From contig MU058198.1 of the NCBI GenBank assembly GCA_013265495.1, positions 1,252,419-1,316,418 of the forward strand: 64,000 nt of DNA. Reading direction: 5' to 3'. Under the pieces are notes generated by a model. It made no database searches and was not told where the DNA came from. It saw nothing but the letters and a program-made list of their open reading frames with translations. Positions 48,772-60,700 of the stretch are shown piece by piece (position 1 is the first letter of the stretch; the number at the start of each line of letters is the position of its first letter). Position numbers and translations under genes: made by a program. The stretch comes from Vicugna vicugna (lineage: Eukaryota).

Positions 48772-51700
48772 ATTTTAGGTTTTTTTCCTGGGTTGTGGGA
48801 AAGGAGATAATTATATTTATTTATTTATTTTTAGAGGAGATACTGGGGATTGAACCCAGGACCTCATGCATGCTAGCATGCTCTCTACCACTTGAGCTAT
48901 ACCCTCCCCTTAAATCTATAATTTTATATAAGTAATCAGTAACAATCCTATTTACTTAGTTAATCCATATGAATTGATACTCAGTAACTGTGTCTCCTAG
49001 TTTGGCATATCATTTGATGAGCCTGTAAGAAGGATACATATTTCTTATCAATGGCAATTTACAAAAGAGTAACATGCCATTTATCATAGTAAGTTATATG
49101 TAAACCACTTTCTTTGTAAGTTAAATTACAATCAATTAGATATGTAGACATATTTAAAATAATTAGTTTGGCTATAATCTACATCCAGCAAATTTAATTA
49201 CTGTCTAATTTAGAAAAAAAATGATAAGTTTTATCTAAAGAAATGAGGTTTCAGGTCTTATATTTAAGTCTTTAATGTATTTTGAGTTTCTTTTCTGATC
49301 TCATCTTTAGTTTTTTAATTGAAGTATGATTGACTCACATAAAAAATAATAAGTGTACAACATAGTTGATTCAATATTTTTATACATTTCAAAATGATCA
49401 CATGATAAGTCTAGTTATCTATCACCATACAAAGCTATTAAAATATTATTGACTACATTCTGTATTCTATATATTATATCCCTGTGACTTACTTATTTTC
49501 TAGCTGTAAGTCTGTGCCCTCTTAGTCCCCTTCACTTATCTCATTCATCCCCCAAGCCTCTCCCCTCTGGCAACTACCAGTTTGTTTTCTGTATCTAGCA
49601 GTCTGTTTGTTTTGTTATTTTTGTTCATTTACTTGTTTTTTAGATTCCACATGTAAGTGAAATTACATGATATTTGCTTTCTCTGTCTGACTATAAGATC
49701 CACTAGTTCTATCCATGTTGTCACAAATGCCAAGACTTCATTCTTTTTAATGGCTCAGCAATATTCCATTTTGATATTAACCCCTAATCAGATACATCTT
49801 TAGCAAATATCTTCTCCTATTCAATAGGCTGCCTTTCTGTTTTGTTGATTGCTTCTTTCACTGTGCAAAAGGTTTTTATTTTGATGTAGTTCCATTTATT
49901 TTTGCTTTTGTTGCCCTTGCCTGAGGAAACAGATCCAAATAAATAGTACAAAGATCAATGTCAAAGAGCATATGCTGCCTATGTTTTCTTCTAGGAGTTT
50001 TAAGATTTCAGGCCTTATATTTAAGTCTTTAATCTGTTTTGAGTTTATTATTGTATATAGTATGAGAAAGTATTCTAGTTTGATTCTTTTGCATAGGGGT
50101 CCAGTTTTCCCAAAATATTTATTGAAGAGGCTGTCTTTTCCCCATTGTATAATCATACCTCTTTGTTGTAGATTAATTAAACATGTTAAGGGTGGGTTTA
50201 TTTCTGAACTCTCTTTTCTTTTCCATTGATCTATATGTCTGTCTGTACCAGTAACATTTTGTTTTGATTACTATGGCTTTGTAGTATAGTTTGAAATCAG
50301 AGAGCAAGATACTTCCAGCTTTGTTCTTTTTTCTCAAGTTTTTTTTTTTTTTTGGCTATTTGAGGTCTTGTGCATTTCCATGCAAATTATAGAAATTTTC
50401 CAAGTTTTGTGGAAAATGCCATTAATGTTTTTATAGTAATTACATTAAATCTGTAGATTGCCTTGGAACTATGGCCACTTTAACAATGTTAATTCCTCCA
50501 ATTCATGAGCTTTCCTTTGTGTTTAATTGATTTTTTTAGTAGTATGCTCTCATTTCTTTTTCACTGCCTTTTGTGTATATTCTGTAGATAATTTTTTGTG
50601 GATACCATAGGGATTACATATAATATTCTAAAGTCATTACAATCTATTTTGAACTAATAAGAACTTAGCTTTATTCACATACAAAACCCTACTTGTTTCC
50701 AGCTTCCTCTCACCTCCCCATGTTATGTTATTGATGTCACAAACTCATCTTTACATATTGTGTACCCATTATAGATTTATAATCAACTGTTTTTATGCTT
50801 TTATCTTTTACATACTGTGAAAGAATAAAAAGTAAACTTATAAACCAGAATTATAATACTAGTTTTTATATTTCTCTGTGTATGTATCTTTATTAAAGAA
50901 TTTTATTTTTGTATTCAAGTTACTCTCTAATGTATTTTTGCTTCAACTTGAACTCCTTTTAGTATTTCTTGTAGAGAAAGTCTAGTGGTAATAAACTCCC
51001 TCAATGTTTTTTGTCTGAGAATGTCTGAATTTCTCCCTCATTTTTGAAGGACAATTTTGCTAGATACACAGTTTCTGGTTGACAATATTTTTCCTTCCCC
51101 ATAACTTTAACTATACAATCCACCTGTCTTCTGGCCTGCAATCCAGTGATAAGCTTATTAAGAATTTCTTATACATGATGAGTCACCCTTCCTCTGCTGC
51201 TTTCAAGATTTTTTCTGTCTTTTATAGTTTGATTGTAATACATCTCTGTGTGGGTGTCTTTGGGTTTTCCTGTTTGGAGTTCGCTGAGCCTCTTGCACTT
51301 ATGTATACATCCCTTTCCTCAAATTTGAGGAGTTTTCAGCCATTAATTATTCAAATAAGTTCTATGTCCCATTTTCTCTCTTTCTTCTCCTTCTAATACT
51401 CCCAGAAAATGTATATTGGTCTGTTTGTTTGTGCCCATAAATTCCTTAGGCTCTGTTCACTTTTCCTCATTTATTTTTCTTTTTGCTCCTCAGACTCAAT
51501 AATTTTAAATAACTTGTCTTCAAGTTTACTGATTCTTTCTTCTTCCCACTCAAGTCTGCTGTTGAGCCCATTTGTGAAGTTTTCAATTCAGTTATTCTAT
51601 TTTTCAGCTCCAGAATCTCTGTTTGGTTCTTTTTAATAATTTGTGTATCTTTGTTGACATTCTCATTTTCTTCATATATCATTTACCTGATTTGCTTAGT

Positions 51701-54700
51701 TCTTTGTGTGTGTTTTCCTTCAGCTGTTCCAACATATATATGATAGTTATTTTAAAATCTTTGTCCAGGACCTGAAGCCTATGTCTCTTTAGGATCAGTT
51801 TCTGGAGATTTATTTTGTTACTTTGAATAGGCTATGTTTCTCCTTTCATTTGTAAGCCTTGTGATCTGTTGTTGAAAATTGAATATTAAAAAAAAAAATC
51901 CAGCTGCTTCTCTCCATCTTTGCAGACTGTCTCCATGGAGGGAAAGACTTTCAGTAATCTGCCCAGTATGAAAACTTAAGGTCTTCTTAGGCCTTGTCTG
52001 GCACGTGTCTTTCCTGGGCCTATACATTTGCTTTTTCCCCTAGTTTTCACATACACATGACTGCTTTTCATATTTTTTTTTAAGTCTCATACCTGCTTCT
52101 TCTTGGGACCTTAGATGTTCTATTATATTCCTCTCTCTGTAGTCTCTTACCATAGGTAACCCCAGGTCTACAGTTTCCACACAGTGTGACAGCTGCCACT
52201 GCTTTTATACAGCTACAACCTGGTATTCAAATGATGTTATCATTCCCATATGAGCTCCAAGTCAAACAAGACAGAAACGAGTTCCTCATGCAGCCTCCAC
52301 TGAAAAAGCCAGATTGTTACAAACAAGTTTCAATATTTCCCATCTATCCCTCAGGAGAGGCTGAGAACTGGGTACCTTCCTCCTGAATTGCACCACAGCA
52401 GAGAGGAGGTGGTGCAAGAGTGAGCAAAACACACCACAAAATGTCTTGCCATTTTGATTGTGTGTTTGCACTGTTTGAACACTTGTTGATTGCTACACAC
52501 CCTTGACTGTTTCTAGAGTTTCAACAAAGCTATCTTAGTCTATTTTTATTTTCTTGATGTTTTTGTGAGGGAACAAGGGCCTGAAGCTTCCTAGTCTGAC
52601 ATCTTGCATCTCTAGAGGTACCTTAATTTTAAAAAACATTTTCCCCAAATGTTCAGGAATTAAATTATCCTCTTTTATTTTGTTGTAATAATAATAACAG
52701 CAATTTTACTGAGCACCTACTGCATGCCAGGCACTGTTATATACACTTTACTTTTAAAAATAACTAATTTAAACTTTATTACTTTCTAGGTAGTATTATT
52801 ATACCCATTTTATAGGTGAGAAAACTGAGGCACAGAGAAACACCTACTGTCCATATGGAACTAAGAGAAACACATGGAGGAATAAAATTTTAAGGCTCTA
52901 ACAGGTGATATGAAGGCTTTTCATGTGATTTGAGAGAAGGGGACTACAGTAGACCAGAAGAAGTCGGCTGGATCACACCTCCCCCCAGTTTCTTTTGGCT
53001 CTACAAATGCTTTAAAATGGGATCTCAGTCCTTGAGCTGTACTCACACTGGAATGTAACTATGTTAGCGGATTGGCCAAATTAGTGCCCCTTTCCTTCAA
53101 AGCAGGAAATAACATGTGATGTTTGATCTTAACCAGGAGGGCAAGAGAGGTCCCAACCCAGCCCTGTGGTGGGTGAATAATCAAGGGGATGAACTGAAGT
53201 GGAGCTTCAGAGAGATAACAGAGTTAACCTGTCGTACGGCGAACGTCTTGACACAGACCTGTGGTCTGCAGGAGGGAGACTATCTAGCCTTGATTCTACC
53301 TCGAGTGCCCGAGTGGTGGCTGGTGGCCATAGGCTGCATCCGAACAGGTCAGTGAGCCCAAGGGACCCCAGTAGACCTTAGGGCTGGCCTCAAGCCAGCT
53401 GGTCCTGAAATACCAGGTACTTTCTCTTCCCTACCTTTTCTCTTCTTAACAGTCTTTCTTTTTCTCAGGCTCTCTCAACTATAATTATACTCATTCTCAT
53501 TCACTCTTTCACTTACACTCACACACTCTCAAATAAGGTCTTAATTCCCTCTCATTTATACACACACACTTTCTCTTGCACGAGCTCAGACATTTTTACC
53601 TTTTTTTTAAAGAGTCATCCATTGTTAACATTTTGCCATGCTTGAGCCCTTCTCCACCAGTGAGTCATTTAAGAATCAGTTGCGGGCATTGTGATACCGC
53701 TGAACACCAGATAAACATGAGAGCACGCATCTGCTAAGATCCAAGACATTCCACTTATAGAACCACAATAGAGTTAACACAGAAGGAGTTTAACACTGAT
53801 GCAATAGAGTTACCTGAGAATCAGCTTCAAGATGGCAGAATAGAAGGATGTGGAGCTCACCTCCTCCCATAGATACATCAAAAATACATCTACATGTGGA
53901 ACAGTGCTCTCAGAATACCTAATGAACTTTGGCAGAAGATCTTGTACAAGTGGAACTACAAGGAAAATCATCACAAAACGGGGTATGAGAGAAAGAAGAA
54001 AAGGAAAAGGAAATTGGGATGGGACCGTCCCTTCAGGGATGGAGTAGTGAAAGAGGAAAGGCACCCTCACTCTGGGGAGCCCTTTCTCCAGTGGGGAGGT
54101 CAGCTGAGCTAGAAGGGGGGCTTCAGAGGCATGGAGGAGGGCACTGGAGCCACTCTGCAGCAGACAGAATGGAGGGAAAATGGCACAGACGGTCCATGCA
54201 GTCCCTAGACTGATGTGCGAACCAGGTGGCGTGTGCCAGGATTGGGTGCTGGAGCTTGGGCTCCAGACAACTGACTCGGTGAGAAGACTGGGGTTAATAG
54301 CACAGAGGCAGCCTCAGGGGCTTCAGTGTGGTATGGGTTGAGGTGGAGAGTTTGTGCAAAAGAGCCTGGGTCTGCCATAGAAAGCCCCACGGTTGGTGCA
54401 CATGACAGGAGGGCCACAACACTGCATGCAGGGTGTGGCTTGGCTGGAAAGTCTCTGTTGTTAACATACTCTCACACAGGGAGGAGAGGGTTGTTGTCAT
54501 AGCAACTGCCTTCACTCACAGGGCATTCCCTGGCCGTAAAGTCCCCACTGTTAACAAGCTCTGTAAGCCCCCATAACAAGTGATAGACAACAGCAGAGAG
54601 TATTCTAACTTCATTGTTTTACACACAGGTTTCCACAATAAATGCTGGAGAGGGTGTGGAGAAAAGGGAACCCTCCTACACTGTTGGTAGTTTGGTGCAG

Positions 54701-57700
54701 CCATTATGGAAAATAGTATGGAGATTGCTCAAAAAAACTAAAAATAGACTTACCATATGATCTAGCAATCCCACTCTTAGGCATACATTCAAAGGGAACT
54801 CTAATTTGAAAAGATACATGCACCCCAATGTTCATAGCAGCACTATTTAAAATAGCCAAGACATGGAAGCAACCTAAATGTCTATTGACAGATGACTGGA
54901 TAAAGAAATTGTGGTATATACACAACGGAATACTACTCAGCCATAAAAAGAATAAAATAATGCCATTTGCAGCAACATGGATGGACCTGGAGATCATCCT
55001 ACTAGGTGAAATAAGCCAGAAAGAGAAAGAAGGATGCCGTATGATATCACATATATGTGGAATCCTAAAAAAAAAAGGACATGAGTGAACTTATTTACAA
55101 AACAGTGACACACTCACAGACATAGAAAACAGACTTATGGTTACCAGAGGGAAAGAGAGTGAGGAGGGACCAGCTGGGAGTTTGGGATTTGTAGATACTA
55201 ACTACTATATATAAAATAGATTAACAAAAAGGTCCTACTGTATAGCACAGAAAACTCTATTCAATACCTCTTAATGGCCTATAATGGAAAATAATATGAA
55301 AATGAATCACTATGCTGTCGACCAGAAATTAACACAACATTGTAAATTGACTTCAATAAAAGTTTAAAAATATAGTTACCTAATATACATTCATAATCAA
55401 AATTCCTCATTGACCCAATGATGTCCTTTATAACATTTTTCTGTTTGAATCAAAAATCCAATTGAGAATCATGCATTGCATTTAGTAGTCCTTTAATCTA
55501 GTATGTGTGTCTAGCCTTTTCTACAAGAGAATGACATTTTTGCCTTGTCTAGGCCAGTTGCTTTGCAGAAGGTGCCTCAAAATTCGCATTTCTGACCCTT
55601 TATTCATGATTACATTCAGGTAAACATTTTTAGCACAAGTACTAGAAGGGTAACATTTCGTCTTTCCCAGTGCATCACATCAGGGATATATGATGTTTGT
55701 TTGTCCCAACATCAGTGATGCTATTTTATCCCTTTAGAAAGGTTGTATCCACCTTGGTAAAGGCACCCCTTTGTAGTTAGTAACAAATCTGTCATGTAAT
55801 ATTTATGAGGCTCCATGAATATCCTGTTCCCCAGCTGTCTTTCCCTTTATGGTTTGAGAATCCGTTGATGAATCTTGACTGAACTGAATATTATAATTGT
55901 AGTTTTATATGAGAACTTTCTATTTATATCATTCCCTCCACACTTACTAGTTGGCATTCTTCTGTAGATAAGTAGATAGATGGCTTATCTATCTACTGAT
56001 CTATGTAATCACTATGGGATTCATGGATTCTTTTTTTTTTAATTACTTCAGTTGTTCTATCATGCACGTTCATACAACAGTCTGTCATGCTCTTGCTCAT
56101 ATAGTCTCTCATCTTCTCTCCCAAATAGTTGTCAAGGTCATATGGAATCAAGAATTAATAGCAATGGTAGAGGGAGTATAGAGGTCCATGTCACTCAGAG
56201 AGTTAATAGATGGCCCATGAGAAATCCAAGACCTGATCTGAGACCCCTGGGATAAGAAGAATTGAAGAGTCAATAGAGGCAAAAGAACAAGATCCCAAGA
56301 ATGGGCATAGCACATGGAAATGCTTAGAGTCAGGAGTAGCCTATATGAAGAATGGACATTTTGAAATAGAGAACAGAATTGTGGGAGGAAAAGGTCGAGA
56401 GTGGGCAGTGCCCTTGATGTCAAGATGGGGAGTGTGGTGTTTTTCTGGAGAGGGGGCACAGGTGTTAGCGAAGGGAAGAAATGTGGAGGGGAAAAAGTCA
56501 CTGCTCTGTGGAACTTAAACAGGTAATAATTTGGAAGGTGGGCAGTAGAAAGATTCAGGACAGGGCATCTGCTGGAGAGAGTAGAATCCAGCAGGGGCAC
56601 CCAGATACCTGAACTCATTGTTGGTGATGGAAGATGGAAGGGAAGCTAGAAAAGTTCAAAGGACAACGTAGTTTACTTTGGGAATGAAGAATGAAGGAGA
56701 GAGGAAATTCAAGATGACACAAGGGACTGACAGAGAAGGTAAGCGAGAGGAGAAAAATGGGGGCAGGGATGTAGCTAGTCCTTGGGTCGGGGACACCATT
56801 TTGCTTGCATCTTTCCCAGATTCTGTGTAAAGTTGTATGAAGTAGGATTCACCTGTCTAGTGGCTAGATCCATCTAGAGTAGAAAAGGCTAGGGCAGGAT
56901 GTTCACATTTCAACGTGCATAGGAATCACTTGGAGATGTCGTTAAAATACAGATTCTGATTCAGTAGGTTTGGGGTGGGGTGTGAAATTCTGCGTCCTAT
57001 GCGGTGCTGATGCTGGTCTGTGGACCACACTTTGCATAGCAAGAGGTTAGGGAATTTCTATGCAGATAAACCAGGTCTGAAGCCCATGGTTGTGACAGAG
57101 AAACCTAAAGAACTTCTTTCTCATCCTTAGGGATCATCTTCATGCCAGGGACCATCCAGATGACGACCAAGGATATTCTCTACCGACTACAAGTCTCTAA
57201 AGCTAAGGGCATCGTGACCACGGATACCCTCGCTCCAGTGGTGGATTCTCTGGCCTCTGAGTATCCTGGTCTGAAAACCAAGCTCCTGGTGTCCGACCAG
57301 AGCTGTAAAGGGTGGCTGGACTTCCGATCATTGATTAAGTGAGTTTCTGGTCTGATGAATGTGTTTTCTGAGGACTAGCAGAAGGCTGTTCAGTCCCAAG
57401 TGCTGGTAGACAAGCAGCCAGTGGGAGGAAGCTGATCAGGTCTAAAGCCTAGAACCTCTTCCGAGCTACATTACTGACCCTGGACTAGTTCCTTATCCTC
57501 TCTTGGCTGTGAATGTTTTATCTGTAAAATCAGAAAATTGAACTTCCATGCCTCTCTCACTAAAACATAATCTGCCCTTGTGCAAAGGAGATGTGTGAAG
57601 TCAGAGGGTTGTAGTGTTGCATCTTCTTTGTAGGTGGGGAATCTGAAATACCATTTTTTATTAAAAAAATATGTGAAGAAGATGAATTTTCAAGGTGAAG

Positions 57701-60700
57701 TGAGATTGAGGGAAAAATTGAGGCTGTGGGAGCCTCAGGCAGCTTTGGGAGCAAACACTTCCCATCTCCTAGGAGGGTGGGTGCCTCTAGGGACAACTTG
57801 AAGGAAGCTAAGGAAGTGTCGACGGTAAGAAAGACCCTCTCCACCGCCAAAACTCTGATTCTGCAAGCCTTCAGTCATTTTTCAAGTCACACACAAACCA
57901 TGCTGGATTTGTTTTCTTGAAGTAACTCCTCAGTTTTTAAAGCTCTCTAAGGCAAATATTACAGTGAAATCATATCTTATGCTAGATTCTAAAGTCAGAG
58001 AATTAAATCAAAGTAGCTTAAATAAAGAATACTCGTTAAAACTCCCCTAAATTGCCTAGAGTCAATACGGTATCATATCTCAGCAAGAACCAGTGTTTCC
58101 TCTAGCACTGATATTATTTGCAGTCGCTCTGATTGAAGACATAGGAAGCTTGCATTTACAGAGACTCAGTCCAGGAGAAGCTCCCAAGAATCAAGGCAGA
58201 CTGAGGAAACTACAAATTCTATCTGTCATCTCCAGCCCATGCCAGGGCAGATGTACATATTTCTTTTACTCTCATTCTCTGTAGCTTTCTCTTCCCCACC
58301 TCTTTCACCAAAGTTATGGGGTCAAATTCCTGTAAATCTAGTTTGTGTAAAAGAACAAGTTTAGCAGCGTGACTAAAAACATAGTGTATGGGTCAGACTG
58401 TCTGAGTTTGAATCCTAGCTCTGCAACTTGCTGGCTATATATCTTTAGGTAAGTTACCTAACCTCTCTGAACCTCAGTTTCCTTATCTGTAAAATGGACA
58501 TAAGAGCAGTACTCACCTCTTAGGGTTGCTCCGAAGATTGAATGAGTTCTTATTAGTAAATCTGGAAACATAGTAAATGCTATTGTAATGTTTGTTAAAT
58601 TAAAAAATAATCCACCATATTTTCCCCATTTTAAAATGAAGAAATATCAGTCCACTGATCCAAGTCACCTATAAACTTTGTCTGATGACTAATACTAGGA
58701 GTTTTTCCTCCAGTATTGCAAACCTCAATTTTCTCCAAGTCTTTTCCAAGTTTCGTATTGTTTCTTTTGCTTCGCCAGAGGATGGAAAAACAGGAAACGT
58801 GACTTCTCTCCTCTTGTATTGAATCCCTTTGCAGATCAGCATCTCCAGATCACGTTTGTATTAAGTCAAAGACCCTGGACCCAATGGCTGTCTTCTTCAC
58901 CAGTGGGACCTCAGGCCTCCCCAAGATGACAAAGCACAGCCATGGACTTGCTTTACGATCCGTCTTACCTTCCTGGTAGGAAAGAGGGTACCAGCTTAGA
59001 GGCTGGGACACAGATCTGGGGTGGAGTGTGTTTGTGTATGTGCTGGGAAAGGAACTCTAAATGGAAATGACCCCATCCTGTTTCTCCTTTCTGATCTCTT
59101 TGGCTCAGACCCCCGATGGCGTGAGAGATGTAGGCTAGGTCTAAGTGTTTGCTGACAGGCACTTGAATGACAAAGGAGGCACATTTGGGTCCCGCCTGAG
59201 CACGTGCACAGGAGGTGTGGAGGAAATGTGGGATCTGCAAACCACACAAACCACAGACCATTGTGTGTTTCAGGGTTTGGTGGGGAAAGATAAGATGTTT
59301 CAGCAATGTGACCTGCAGTGACGGGTCCTCTCCTCTCCTCAACTGTGAACAAATCAGGCTTGGCGTTTACCCAATCATGAGCTGTTAGGAACCTGGAACC
59401 AAGCCACACCAAGCCACTGCCCAGCCTAGAGCAAACCTAGAGGCTGAAGCTGTAGCCATCACGGTTTCCCAAGAAAAAAACATGGTTTATGTTCTCCTGC
59501 CCTTGAGACTTGTCCCAAAATTTCTAACATGTTGTTACTCTGGGACCTGTAGCAACAGGTTCAACCCTGGGAAAGTATCCCACTATTTGAACCCAGGTCT
59601 GTGCAGAAGCCGTAATAACCCTTCATTTGATTATTTGGTTTTAGACGAAGTTGTATAGGCTTGTTCCTCACAGAGCCCTGGTTCAAATCGACTTTCGATG
59701 TTTTTTAAAAAAAATATATTGCTGACACCTGGTTTACATGTAAAAGAAAGAAAGCAATTTTAAACCAAAGTCTTATCCCTTCTCCCCTATCCCCAAGAAA
59801 TAATATTCAAACCAGACCAAGTTCTATATATTTTTTAACTTATTAATTAGACCAGGGAACAGAGAAGGCTTTTTGTAGACAGTATTTATGCTAATGATAA
59901 CAACTGAGTGGCAAAACCCTGGAGGAATGGGGCTGGAGAGAAGGGCATTTGTGTAGCCAGAATAGCATCTGAGGCCACTGTATTTTGGAGTTAGCAGGAA
60001 ATTTCTGAAGCTGAAGACGTCTGATGTCTTCTGGTGCCCGTCAGACACAGGCTGGATTATGTCTATGGTGGGGTCTCTGCTTGAACCATGGACAGCAGGG
60101 TCTACAGTCTTTGTCCATCATCTGACCCAGTTTGACCCCAAGGACATGATACAGGTAAGAAGACTAACCTTTTAATATCAACAAACTCCAGGAAGAAACT
60201 CATTTTCAAGTTCAAAAGCTAGATCCAGCTGAGAAAGATTTTATTTAGCAAAGAAGTGTATTAGCATAATATAACTCTAGTTCTGGGTTTCCCAAATTGT
60301 GAAGCACTGAATCAGTCACTGTTACCAGAATTACATTAAGATGCAACCTTGAAGAAAATACATATTCCCATCCAAGTATAAGCCAGGCCCGAGCCTGCTT
60401 AGCTTCAGAGATCAGACAAGATCGGGAGCATTCAGGGTGGTGTGGCCATAGACAAGAAAGCACATATTCCAGACCTTTCCTCAGACCTATGGATTGGACT
60501 TGGTGGACTCAGGAACTGGAATATATATTTTAAGAAGTTAAAGCAACCAGAGCAAGCTCAGGTCTTCTGGATTCTGGACCCTGGCTCTAGAAGGGCCAGG
60601 GAGCTCACGTGTGTACGTGTGTGTGTGTGGTTACTCAATCTAATGATGTGATTAGAAACAGAGCCCTTGCAAAATGACAGCTCTAGCTTCTTATCCCACG

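Noticed and set aside
48836..48909. tRNA-like sequence as a tRNA gene
   Set aside because: It has the SINE tail and two further diverged copies in the window, so it is a tRNA-derived SINE head.
55971..55997. 10-bp-stem hairpin agtagataga...tctatctact
   Set aside because: Made of GATA/TATC microsatellite-like units within an old L1 fragment.
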